Source: an uncultured Verrucomicrobiota bacterium | GTDB lineage: Bacteria > Verrucomicrobiota > Kiritimatiellia > RFP12 > UBA1067 | Length of the DNA stretch: 60,997 nucleotides | Direction of reading: 5' to 3' | Assembly: GCA_946613265.1 (NCBI GenBank) | Contig: CAMOFK010000005.1 | Location: 1-60,997, forward strand | Shown: positions 53,087 to 60,997 of the stretch, in pieces | Numbering within the stretch: the stretch's first letter is position 1 | Layout of the letters: each line of letters starts with the position of its first letter | Position numbers and translations under genes: made by a program | Notes under the pieces: model-generated | The model's database searches: none | Told to the model about the DNA's origin: nothing | Seen by the model: only the letters and a program-made list of their open reading frames with translations

Positions 53087-54646
53087 TCAGTTCTTTTTCA
53101 AGTCCAGCGCCAGCAGGAATTCTGGATTCGACTTCGTCTTCTTGAGGGCGTTCAGCACGCTCTTCATCGCGCTTTCCGCGCCGGTGTCGCTGAGCGTGCG
53201 CCGCAGGCTCCAGGTCTTCTCAAGCTCGACAGGATCGAGAAGCAGATCTTCCTTGCGCGTTCCCGACTTGTCGATGTCGATCGCCGGGAAGATTCTCTTG
53301 TCGGCTAGGCCGCGATCGAGGCACAGCTCCATGTTGCCCGTGCCCTTGAACTCCTCGAAAATGACTTCGTCCATGCGCGAGCCGGTGTCGATGAGGCCGG
53401 TCGCGATGATCGTGAGCGAGCCGCCGCCTTCGATGTTGCGCGCGGCGCCGAAGAACCGCTTCGGGCGATGCAGCGCCAGCGCGTCCACGCCGCCCGTCAA
53501 TATCTTCCCGGAGTGCGGCTGGACGGTGTTGTAGGCGCGCGCCAGCCGCGTTATCGAATCGAGGAGGATTACGACGTCGCGGCCGTTCTCGACTTGCCGC
53601 TTCGACATCTCGATCACCATTTCCGCGACATTGACGTGATGCTGCGGCTCTTCGTCGAATGTCGAAGACAGCACCATCGCCTTCGTGTTGCGCTGCATGT
53701 CCGTCACTTCCTCCGGGCGCTCGTCCACGAGCAGCACGATCAATATCGCCTCCGGATGGTTCGCGGTTATCGCGTTCGCGATCTTCTGCAAAAGCACCGT
53801 CTTGCCCACGCGGGGCGGCGCGACGATGAGAGCGCGCTGCCCGAAGCCTACCGGTGTGAAAAGGTCGATTACGCGCGTTGAATATTCCGTCGGCACGGTC
53901 TCGAGGAAGATGCGGCGCGTAGGGAACGTCGGCGTCAGATTCTCGAAATGGATGACGCGCGCGGCGACGCCCGGCTCCTTGCCGTTCACCGTGGATACAT
54001 TGCCGAGGCAGAAGAAGCGGTCGCGATCGCGCGGATCGCGCACCGGGCCTTCGATGACGTCGCCGGTGCGCAGCGCGTGGCGCCGGATCTGCTGCTGCGT
54101 TACGAACACGTCCTCCGGGCACGCGAGGAAGTTGTTTTTCGCCGAGCGCAGGAAGCCGTGGCCTTCGCGCATGATCTCCAGGCACCCCGAAGCGAGGACT
54201 GCGCCGCCGCTTGCCAGATACTTGCGGATGGCGGCGAAAATCAGCTCGTGCTTGCGATACGCGCCAAGCTCTTCGGGGTCGGCGCCGGGCATCATGGTCT
54301 CGACGATTTGCGGCGCCGGCCACGTCTGGATGTCGGCCAGCCTGTACTCCGGGAGATCGTCGCGACGGTTCGGATTCACCGGCGCCTCCTGCACGGCGTC
54401 GCGCGTTTCGGCGGGCAGCGGCGCATTCAAAAGCGGATTCACGCTCTCCTGGCCGTTGGCGCCGCGTATCGGCGAAGCATTCACCTTCTGCGCGCCGGCT
54501 TGGTGGCGCGGCTTGCCCGGCTTGCGAAACTGCGCGCGGCGCGCGGCGTTTGCGCCTTGCGGCTGCTCCGCGCGCTGCTCCTTCGGCTGATTGTCCTGCG
54601 GCTTTGCGGGCGCGCCCTGTGCAAATATATCGAACTCGTCGCTCAT
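53087..54646 (-). CDS. rho: Transcription termination factor Rho (with ~110-aa low-complexity N-terminal extension)
   Basis: [36 protein letters not shown] is the Walker A region. [13 protein letters not shown] and the C-terminal ...[19 protein letters not shown] also match Rho. The start overlaps the coaE stop as ATGA. Confidence 0.93.
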   Translation of the reverse strand: MSDEFDIFAQGAPAKPQDNQPKEQRAEQPQGANAARRAQFRKPGKPRHQAGAQKVNASPIRGANGQESVNPLLNAPLPAETRDAVQEAPVNPNRRDDLPEYRLADIQTWPAPQIVETMMPGADPEELGAYRKHELIFAAIRKYLASGGAVLASGCLEIMREGHGFLRSAKNNFLACPEDVFVTQQQIRRHALRTGDVIEGPVRDPRDRDRFFCLGNVSTVNGKEPGVAARVIHFENLTPTFPTRRIFLETVPTEYSTRVIDLFTPVGFGQRALIVAPPRVGKTVLLQKIANAITANHPEAILIVLLVDERPEEVTDMQRNTKAMVLSSTFDEEPQHHVNVAEMVIEMSKRQVENGRDVVILLDSITRLARAYNTVQPHSGKILTGGVDALALHRPKRFFGAARNIEGGGSLTIIATGLIDTGSRMDEVIFEEFKGTGNMELCLDRGLADKRIFPAIDIDKSGTRKEDLLLDPVELEKTWSLRRTLSDTGAESAMKSVLNALKKTKSNPEFLLALDLKKN

Positions 54647-55236
54647 CGTGGTTTTTCCGTCTGGCTGTTTATGTTTTCCGGCGCACCGTCCGGCGGCCGC
54701 CGCGCCCCTTCGCGAATCCAGGCGACAAACGCCGCGGCCTGCTTGCGCAGGTCCTCCGCGGAACCGTCGTTGTGGATTGCATAGTGCGCTCTGGCGGCTT
54801 TTTCGGCATTTGGCAACTGCGCCGCCAAACGCTCATGCGCTTCTTGGCGCGTCAGACCGCGCCGCCCCGTCATCCGCTCGATCTGTCTTTCTTCGTCGCA
54901 GACGACGGCGCATATTATATCATATTTCTTTTCCCAATGTGCCTCGAAAAGAAGCGGAATCACCGCTACGCGCAATGGCGCCGCCGCGCCGGACGCGCAC
55001 GGCGCGGCGAACCACTTTTCGTAGCGTTCTTCGACAAGCGGATGCAGGCGCTTTTCCAGCGCCTTGCGCACTCCAGGATCGCGGAAGGCGATTTTCGCCA
55101 GGCGCTTTCTCTCGTCTTCCGGCAGAAGCTCGTGGACGATGTCGTCGGCATCCAGAGTCTCCGCGCCAAGCTCGCGCAGCATCTGCGCGAACAGCGACTT
55201 CCCGCACGCGATCCCTCCGGTTACGGCGATTCGCAT
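54643..55236 (-). CDS. coaE: Dephospho-CoA kinase
   Basis: [38 protein letters not shown] matches the P-loop and CoaE N-terminal signature. Start placed at ATG 55236. Confidence 0.88.
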   Translation of the reverse strand: MRIAVTGGIACGKSLFAQMLRELGAETLDADDIVHELLPEDERKRLAKIAFRDPGVRKALEKRLHPLVEERYEKWFAAPCASGAAAPLRVAVIPLLFEAHWEKKYDIICAVVCDEERQIERMTGRRGLTRQEAHERLAAQLPNAEKAARAHYAIHNDGSAEDLRKQAAAFVAWIREGARRPPDGAPENINSQTEKPR

Positions 55237-55293
55237 GTCCCGTCCCCCTCTCTTCGCTCGCGGCACCGCGCATCGGCGGCGCGCGCAAAAGCC

Positions 55294-56556
55294 TCAACAT
55301 TCCGTTGGATTCGCCAGTCTCGCGACGCCGGAAGCCACGGCCGCCGCGGACACCGCCGCCGGGATGCGCCGGCGCAGGCGCGTATCGAACGGCTTCGGAA
55401 TTATGTAGGCGTCGCCGAATTCCAGATTCTCGCCCGGATAGAGCGCGGCCACTTCTGCGGGCACGCTCTCGCGGGCCAGCGCGGCCAGCGCCTCCGCGGC
55501 GGCGACTTTCATTTCGCGGTTTATAGTGCGCGCGCGGACGTCTAGCGCGCCGCGGAAGAGATACGGGAAGCCCAGGACGTTGTTGATCTGGTTGGGATAG
55601 TCGCTGCGCCCGGTCACCATCACATAGCGGCGATCGCCCATCGCCGCCGCCACCGCCTCCGGCGTGATTTCCGGATCGGGGTTCGCCATCGCGAATATCG
55701 CGGGGAATTCGCCCATCGCCAGCACGTCGTCGCCGCTGATAACATTCGCGGCAGATACGCCGATGAATACGTCCGCGCCGGTCATCGCCTCGCGGCGCGT
55801 CGTCGTCGCCGCGACGTCGCGGGCATGCACAGCGTTCTGCCGCGACAGATCGCGGCGGCTCGTCGAAAGCACGCCTTTGATGTCGAACATCGTTATATCG
55901 CGCACGCCGGCGGCCTTGAGCATGTCGGCGATTCGCGTGCCGGCGGCGCCGGCGCCGTTGATGACGATCTTCAGCTCGCCGAGCGTCTTGCCTTTCAGAA
56001 GCGCGAAATTCATCACGCCCGCCGTGGCTATCACCGCCGTTCCCCACTGGTCGTCGTGGAAAACCGGGATGTCCAGTTCGGCGTCGAGCACGTCCTCGAT
56101 CTCGAAGCACGCCGGCGAGGCGATGTCTTCGAGATTGATGCCGGCGTACTGCGGCGCGATCGCCTTCACGGCCGCGATCACTCTCTCCGGGTCGGTCGGC
56201 CCGGTGTCCTTGCCGCCCATGCGGCAGCAGCCGAGCGGCACCGGCCAGGCATCGACGCCGCCGAACGCCTTGAAAAGCACGGCCTTGCCTTCCATCACAG
56301 GTATGGAGGCGGCGGCGCCGAGATCGCCAAGCCCGAGTATCGCCGTGCCGTCGGATACGACGGCGACGAGATTGCGCTTCGCCGTAAGCTCGTACGCCGC
56401 CTCCGGGCGCGCCGCTATCTCCTTCACGGCGAGTGCGACGCCGGGCGTGTATGCAAGCGTCAAATCATGCTGGCCGCGCAGCGCGCGCGGCAATCCCACG
56501 GCGACCTTGCCGCCGCGGTGATACGCGAAAACATCTTCTTTCGTGAACCTGTCCAT
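55294..56556 (-). CDS. NAD(P)-dependent malic enzyme (short, single-module form)
   Basis: LTLAYTPGVALAVKEI, VAVVSDGTAILGLGDLGAAASIPVMEGKAVLFKAFGGVDAWPV and INGAGAAG match malic enzyme. The start could be 56556 (MDRFTKED) or 56589. Confidence 0.88.
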   Translation of the reverse strand: MDRFTKEDVFAYHRGGKVAVGLPRALRGQHDLTLAYTPGVALAVKEIAARPEAAYELTAKRNLVAVVSDGTAILGLGDLGAAASIPVMEGKAVLFKAFGGVDAWPVPLGCCRMGGKDTGPTDPERVIAAVKAIAPQYAGINLEDIASPACFEIEDVLDAELDIPVFHDDQWGTAVIATAGVMNFALLKGKTLGELKIVINGAGAAGTRIADMLKAAGVRDITMFDIKGVLSTSRRDLSRQNAVHARDVAATTTRREAMTGADVFIGVSAANVISGDDVLAMGEFPAIFAMANPDPEITPEAVAAAMGDRRYVMVTGRSDYPNQINNVLGFPYLFRGALDVRARTINREMKVAAAEALAALARESVPAEVAALYPGENLEFGDAYIIPKPFDTRLRRRIPAAVSAAAVASGVARLANPTEC

Positions 56557-56628
56557 CTTGCCTTTGCGTTTCTTTTGATTCCCTGCCAAATCGTTCCCCG
56601 GCGCCGCGGCGTGCCCGCGAAGCCGGCT

Positions 56629-58503
56629 TCAAACGGGCTTTTCCGCGAACGAGAAGAGTGAAATCTTCACTCCTGTCGGCTCGAGCGTCCGGCGCACCAC
56701 TTTCATCCATTCGGGGCGAACGTCGCAGGCGATCACGACCGCGTCGGCGTTGAGCTTGTTGATTATCTCCGGCGCCTGCTGGAGCGTCCCCATCACTCTC
56801 AAACCGCCGATGTAATGCCCGCGCAAAAGCAAATCGTCGTCGAGCAGCCCGACGATTATCCTGTCGTTGGCGGCCGTCGTCCTGACCAATTCGCGACGGA
56901 ACGCGCGGTAGCGCAACCCGCAGCCATAGACCAGCACGCGCGAAACATCCTTGCGGCCTTTCAGGCGCGAACAGTCGATCGCGTAGAACAGGTCGCGCAC
57001 GATGCCGCGCGCGAAACGCACCACCACGAGCGCAACGCAGCTCGTCATCGCGTAGAGCAGCGTCATGGCCTTGAGCTTGGCATGCTCGATCCCAGGCGCG
57101 TAGTATATCGCGATCGTGCCGAGGCACGAACCGAAAATGCACGCGAGAAGAAGCCTGACGTAATTCGACGACATCGCCCTCGCCCATACCGTGCGGTATA
57201 TCCCCACGGAGAACAGCAGCACGAAAACCGAGATGACGCGAAGAGGAAGCACGACGCGCAATTCATCCCGGCCTATATCGAACCCCATCGCCCAACAGCA
57301 GATGAAAAACACGGCGACAAGCGCGAAGATGTCGAAACCGAGGTAGAACGGGATCGCGAGACGCGCGAAGCGCCGCCGGCTGCCGCGCGCGTGATCGCGC
57401 GCTATCGAATTCAGCAGCCTCCCGGCGTCGAACAGCTCGATTCGCGCCACATCCTTGAAAATCGCGATTGATGCTATTGCCACGGCGAAGAGCCAGAGGC
57501 CGCCCGCCTTCGAACGCAGCGCCACGCCGACAAGACCTACGCCGACGGAGAACGCCGCCGCGAGATACAGTATCCAGGCGGCGCGCCGCTGGTTCAGCTT
57601 GGCCGCTCGCAGTATTCTGTGGTGGATGTGGTCGGCATCCGCCGTCATCACTTTGTCGTTGCCGACTTCGCCGGCGGAGGGCGCGCGCTTCCGTATCATG
57701 TGGCGGATCGACCGCCGCACGATCGCCAGCGCCGTATCGAAAATCGGGACGCCCATCGCGAGAAGCGGCACGCCCACGGAGACCAGGAACGAATTCGCCG
57801 TCTGCGCCACCAGCGGGACGACCGACAGCGTGAAACCGATGAACATCGAGCCGCAGTCGCCGAGAAAGACGCTCGCCGGATGGTAGTTGTAACAGAGGAA
57901 CGCCAGAAGCGCGCCGGCGAAAACGAAGTGGAAAACCGCGGCGCCCGGCATCTCTATCATGAAAAGCGTTCCCGCCATCCCAAGCGTGGCGATAAGCGCG
58001 AGACCGGATGCGAGGCCGTCGAGACCGTCGATAAGATTGAATGCGTTAACCGCGCCGCAGATCCAGAACGTCGTGATCGCGCAATCAAGCACCGGGTTTA
58101 TGCCGGGCCAGATGCGATGGAAGCCTATCCCCGCCCACAGCCACGCCAGCAGTGCGATGACGAACTGCGCGGCCAGCTTCACCTTCGGCGACAGGGAGAA
58201 CTTGTCGTCCGCATAGCCGGTCGCGGCTATCAAGACCGCCAATACGCCAAGCTTCCACTGCGCGCCGAAAAACGACAACGCGCCGCCGCCGAACACGGAA
58301 ATCGTTATGGCGCACGCGGCCGTCGTGCCAGCGACGATCGCCAAGCCCCCTCCGCGCGGTATCGACGTGGTGTTGATTCGCCGCGCGTCAGGCTTGTCGA
58401 TCATGCCGAAGCGCCTGTTCATCTCGCGCACTAGCGGCGTCAGAATGAAAGTGATTGCGAATGCGCTGAATAACGCCGTCAGATGCGGTATGAACATTTT
58501 CAT
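56629..58503 (-). CDS. Fusion: WecA/TagO-like polyprenyl-phosphate HexNAc-1-phosphate transferase (GT4/PNPT family) + C-terminal 4-TM and Rossmann-like module resembling the non-catalytic N-terminal half of WbaP/CapD-type proteins
   Basis: 624 aa. The N-terminal half has MIDKPDARRINTTSIPRGGGLAIV, NAFNLIDGLDGLASG and GDCGSMFIGF. The C-terminal half has 4 TM segments, then RVLVYGCGLRYRAF...IVGLLDDD..LRGHYIGGLRVMG...ADAVVIA. Confidence 0.7.
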   Translation of the reverse strand: MKMFIPHLTALFSAFAITFILTPLVREMNRRFGMIDKPDARRINTTSIPRGGGLAIVAGTTAACAITISVFGGGALSFFGAQWKLGVLAVLIAATGYADDKFSLSPKVKLAAQFVIALLAWLWAGIGFHRIWPGINPVLDCAITTFWICGAVNAFNLIDGLDGLASGLALIATLGMAGTLFMIEMPGAAVFHFVFAGALLAFLCYNYHPASVFLGDCGSMFIGFTLSVVPLVAQTANSFLVSVGVPLLAMGVPIFDTALAIVRRSIRHMIRKRAPSAGEVGNDKVMTADADHIHHRILRAAKLNQRRAAWILYLAAAFSVGVGLVGVALRSKAGGLWLFAVAIASIAIFKDVARIELFDAGRLLNSIARDHARGSRRRFARLAIPFYLGFDIFALVAVFFICCWAMGFDIGRDELRVVLPLRVISVFVLLFSVGIYRTVWARAMSSNYVRLLLACIFGSCLGTIAIYYAPGIEHAKLKAMTLLYAMTSCVALVVVRFARGIVRDLFYAIDCSRLKGRKDVSRVLVYGCGLRYRAFRRELVRTTAANDRIIVGLLDDDLLLRGHYIGGLRVMGTLQQAPEIINKLNADAVVIACDVRPEWMKVVRRTLEPTGVKISLFSFAEKPV

Positions 58504-58608
58504 GATTCAATGCCATGCAAAAGGTTTTTACTGCCGGGGCGCGGGATGCCGGTTCCCTTGCGTTCATTTTCCTTGAAAATATCAAACTCCAGGTGTTTGG
58601 CGCTCGTG

Positions 58609-60144
58609 TCAAAGCGGCAGCTGCGGCAACAGCTTCCTGATGATCGCGGAGATCGCCTCGTCCCCTTCGCTTGATGCGCAGACGGTGACCATGACCCAGC
58701 GGTCGATCCTGTTATGCACCGTGCGGTCCCATGTGTCCCGGAAAATACGCTTCACGTGAGACGCCGTCTTGTAGCCTTCCTGGTTGAAAAAGGTGTATGC
58801 GAAAGAAACTCTCGAGGACGGTGAAGACACCGTGAGCACGCGCCACTGCAAGCCGTCGATCTCCAGCGTGTGCGGGTCTGTCATCAAGTTTCCCTGTGCA
58901 GGCAGGCAAAGCTCCGGACGATGTATCGAACTTTTGCCCTTCCCGCCAATCACTATCGTGGCCTGGAACCATTCTCCGTCGCTCGCCTTGTAGAGCCGCT
59001 TGCGGATTGTCGTGTCCTTCGGCAATATCGTCGTCTCCGCAAGGCTTGGCGCCAGCTCCTCGCTCTCGTACGGCGCGATTTCCCCAAGCCTCGCATCCGG
59101 CGCTTCCGCAACGACTACAGGCGGCGTCTCGGCCTGGCGAATCATCGTGAATACGAGAAGCGCGAATGCCGCGAATGCCGGCGTCGCGCGGATCGCCGCG
59201 CCGCGGCGCGTTTCCGGCGCCGCCGCGGATTCGGCGGCGGCGACCGGCTTACGGCCGGCTTTGCAATGCGAAATCCGCGCTGCAATGCGATTGATTGCAT
59301 CGCCCGTCGCCAGCATCAGCAATATGGCGACGATGAAAACCACGTACCCGGAATAGTCGTGGTAGAATCCAGTCGCAAAATCCGCCGATGCGTAATTCGC
59401 GACGAGGCAGATAGAAAGAATTCTCGCCACGTTCCCCAGCATGGCGATCGGCACGGAAGAAGCAAAGAGCACCCCCCTGCGCAACCATGTAGGCTGGTTG
59501 AAATACGCATACCCCGCCGTCAGCGCCATAAGCGCGAATATCGACCGCAGCCCGCTGCAAGGCTCGGCGACATCGATCTCGAACGAGCCGTCGAGCGCCG
59601 CTATCATCGTGCCGCGACGTATCACATCCGCCCCGAAGCCGCGCAGTATTTCATATGCCGTGCCAGATGCAAGCAGCCGCAGATGGACTGTTATGACATC
59701 CAGAAATGTCGCGAGCGGAATGCAGAAAAAGAGAAACAGCGCCGGAAACAAAAGCCGCGATGCCATCTCCCTTCCCCACAATGCCCACGGCAGCGTGACG
59801 AGAAGCAGCGCGAACGACAGTATTTCAAAGCGGACTTGCAAGCCGCGCGCGCCGAGAAAGCCCACCGCCAGACATGGTATCATGCAGAACAAGCCTGCGT
59901 ACGACGGCTCGCCGCGCCGCGCGGCGGCGAGGATTTTCGCGCGCTCGACCCAAACTACATACAACGAAAACAGCGGCACGTACCACGCATACGACATATC
60001 CTCCTCGGGAGTCGAAAACACGCTAGGCGCATGCTGGAAAATCAACAGCCGGAAGCCATATACCATCGCGGCCAATGCAAGCGCCATCATCGCCGTGCGC
60101 GCTGCAATCCAATACCGCCGCCAATCTCTCGATCCGTTTTCCAT
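58609..60144 (-). CDS. Exosortase (EpsH/Xrt family) fused to a C-terminal EpsI-like domain
   Basis: 511 aa. VAEPCSGLRSIFALMAL carries the exosortase catalytic Cys. GNVARILSI is the conserved Arg motif. The C-terminal HRPELCLPAQGN is the EpsI-family signature. Confidence 0.8.
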   Translation of the reverse strand: MENGSRDWRRYWIAARTAMMALALAAMVYGFRLLIFQHAPSVFSTPEEDMSYAWYVPLFSLYVVWVERAKILAAARRGEPSYAGLFCMIPCLAVGFLGARGLQVRFEILSFALLLVTLPWALWGREMASRLLFPALFLFFCIPLATFLDVITVHLRLLASGTAYEILRGFGADVIRRGTMIAALDGSFEIDVAEPCSGLRSIFALMALTAGYAYFNQPTWLRRGVLFASSVPIAMLGNVARILSICLVANYASADFATGFYHDYSGYVVFIVAILLMLATGDAINRIAARISHCKAGRKPVAAAESAAAPETRRGAAIRATPAFAAFALLVFTMIRQAETPPVVVAEAPDARLGEIAPYESEELAPSLAETTILPKDTTIRKRLYKASDGEWFQATIVIGGKGKSSIHRPELCLPAQGNLMTDPHTLEIDGLQWRVLTVSSPSSRVSFAYTFFNQEGYKTASHVKRIFRDTWDRTVHNRIDRWVMVTVCASSEGDEAISAIIRKLLPQLPL

Positions 60145-60151
60145 TGCCGTT

Positions 60152-60160
60152 ATTATAACA
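60152..60160 (-). promoter_or_regulatory. Extended -10 promoter (TGTTATAAT) abutting the exosortase start codon (possible leaderless mRNA)
   Basis: The plus-strand attataaca -10 hexamer ends 7 nt from ATG 60144. No room is left for a Shine-Dalgarno sequence. Confidence 0.45.
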
Positions 60161-60289
60161 TATTTTCCGCGACGCGCGTACGCTCCACGCGAAACCGATA
60201 ACCGCGATATATCTTGAAATGCAGGCTGATACCGATGCTTCCGTCAATCCGTCCGCAATGCGGCTGCTATCTTCACTTGGGAATCGAAT

Positions 60290-60366
60290 TGGTGCGACTG
60301 ACTGGGATCGAACCAGCAACCTTCGGCTTCGGAGGCCAACGCTCTATCCAATTGAGCTACAGTCGC
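60290..60366 (-). tRNA. tRNA-Arg (anticodon CCG)
   Basis: The reverse complement folds as a 77-nt cloverleaf. Acceptor is GCGACTG/CAGTCGC, D arm GCTC-AATTGGATA-GAGC, and anticodon stem TTGGC/GCCGA with loop CTCCGAA (CCG). TTCGATC is the T-loop and a 3' ACCA is encoded. Confidence 0.9.
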
Positions 60367-60380
60367 GCGTATTGCAGTAT

Positions 60381-60389
60381 ATTATACCA
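60381..60389 (-). promoter_or_regulatory. Extended -10 promoter (TGGTATAAT) for tRNA-Arg(CCG)
   Basis: In plus-strand attataccatatttt, the -10 hexamer ends 14 nt upstream of the mature tRNA 5' end (60366). Confidence 0.55.
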
Positions 60390-60620
60390 TATTTTACCGC
60401 CCCTGTGCTCACTGCTTCCACCCGTTTTTAACGAATCGGATTGCCAAATATGGAATGCAAGTCCAACACGGAATCGCTATATCACCAAAGGCTGATATTT
60501 CAGCGTATCTTCCGTTCGCTCCCACGAAAAAGCCACACGCGAATACTCGCGCACCGGGAGCGACGCGCTCGCATCGGAAAAGACGCGCTCCCGCGCGTCC
60601 GCCGGTCGCGCGGTGGAGTA

Positions 60621-60871
60621 GCGCCAAGCCCCAAATGGGGCGACACATAAATAGCCGGGGGTGAGCATGCGAAGCATGCGCAACCCCCGGTGTCGGCCCA
60701 ATATCGAATTGAACCCCGAAGGGGTGGCACAACTACTCCGATGATATTGAAACATCCATTGTGCCACCCCTTCGGGGTTCGTGCGTTCTTCGAACGCTTT
60801 CCGGGGGTTCCGCGCGCGTTGCGCGCTCCACCCCCGGCTATTTATGTGCCGCCCCTTCGGGGCTTTGCGCC
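60621..60871. repeat. ~250-bp nested palindromic (REP/BIME-like) element centred near 60746
   Basis: The inner perfect 22-bp inverted repeat is gaaccccgaaggggtggcacaa (60711-60732) paired with ttgtgccaccccttcggggttc (60759-60780). The outer arms are 60621-60663 and 60829-60871. Each arm holds small GC hairpins (GCCCC-aaat-GGGGC, GCATGC-gaa-GCATGC, CCCC-gaa-GGGG). Confidence 0.9.
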
Positions 60872-60905
60872 GGCGGTGCCACATTTGCGTTCGCGGAGAT
60901 GGAAC

Positions 60906-60997
60906 ACCAAGCCCCGAATGGGGCGACACAATATCGCCCGGCGATGTGGCGCCAAGCCCCGAATGGGGCGACACATATATAGCCGGGGGTGAGCATG
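60906..60997. repeat. Further direct copies of the left-arm module of the palindromic element (second full copy truncated by window end)
   Basis: 60949-60997 matches 60621-60669 at 47 of 49 positions. 60906-60935 is a partial copy (accaagccccgaatggggcgacaca). Confidence 0.85.

Noticed and set aside
60400-60997. ORFs 60477..60974 (-), 60690..60992 (+), 60761..60982 (+) and others, and the idea of an integrated mobile element at tRNA-Arg
   Set aside because: These ORFs read through palindromic repeats, so the same peptides appear in both orientations. No integrase, transposase or direct repeat of the tRNA 3' end is visible within the window.

Overview
This is a GC-rich bacterial chromosomal window. 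Every feature I can support (35 CDSs and one tRNA) lies on the minus strand. The long plus-strand ORFs in the track are Arg/Ala-rich antisense shadows.

Content, in window order:
- 5' part of a secreted C10 (streptopain-like) protease, which the ORF track misses.
- A DUF218/YdcF gene next to a divergent MraY-like transferase.
- An orphan OmpR-type response regulator.
- A 1304-aa GH13+GH133 glycogen-debranching fusion.
- tsaD, then an MFS sugar porter and a DUF5009 acyltransferase.
- A roughly 16-kb glycoside-hydrolase cluster: GH127-GH3 fusion, GH2, NPCBM-GH27-TIM-barrel fusion, GH28, GH51 and a Tat-signal metallophosphoesterase. A 639-aa uncharacterised protein with a duplicated domain is embedded in it.
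- Housekeeping genes: dnaE, two-subunit class I fumarate hydratase, a TRAM/TrmA-type RNA methyltransferase, coaC, uvrA, rho, coaE and malic enzyme.
- Two giant secreted repeat proteins of 1790 and 1439 aa. The first is preceded by a CesT/type III chaperone-like gene.
- A WecA-like transferase fused to a WbaP-like membrane/Rossmann module, then an exosortase-EpsI fusion and tRNA-Arg(CCG).

Non-coding signals:
- An extended -10 promoter motif (TGnTATAAT, preceded by an AT-rich tract) recurs in front of eight transcription units.
- About eight 22-bp tandem units, each holding a 14-bp palindrome, lie between two genes.
- A roughly 250-bp nested palindromic repeat lies next to the tRNA. Its sub-hairpins show compensatory changes.

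I found no CRISPR array, transposase, integrase or canonical defence genes. Gene content suggests a PVC-type polysaccharide degrader (Kiritimatiellota, Lentisphaerota or Verrucomicrobiota), but that is low-confidence inference.
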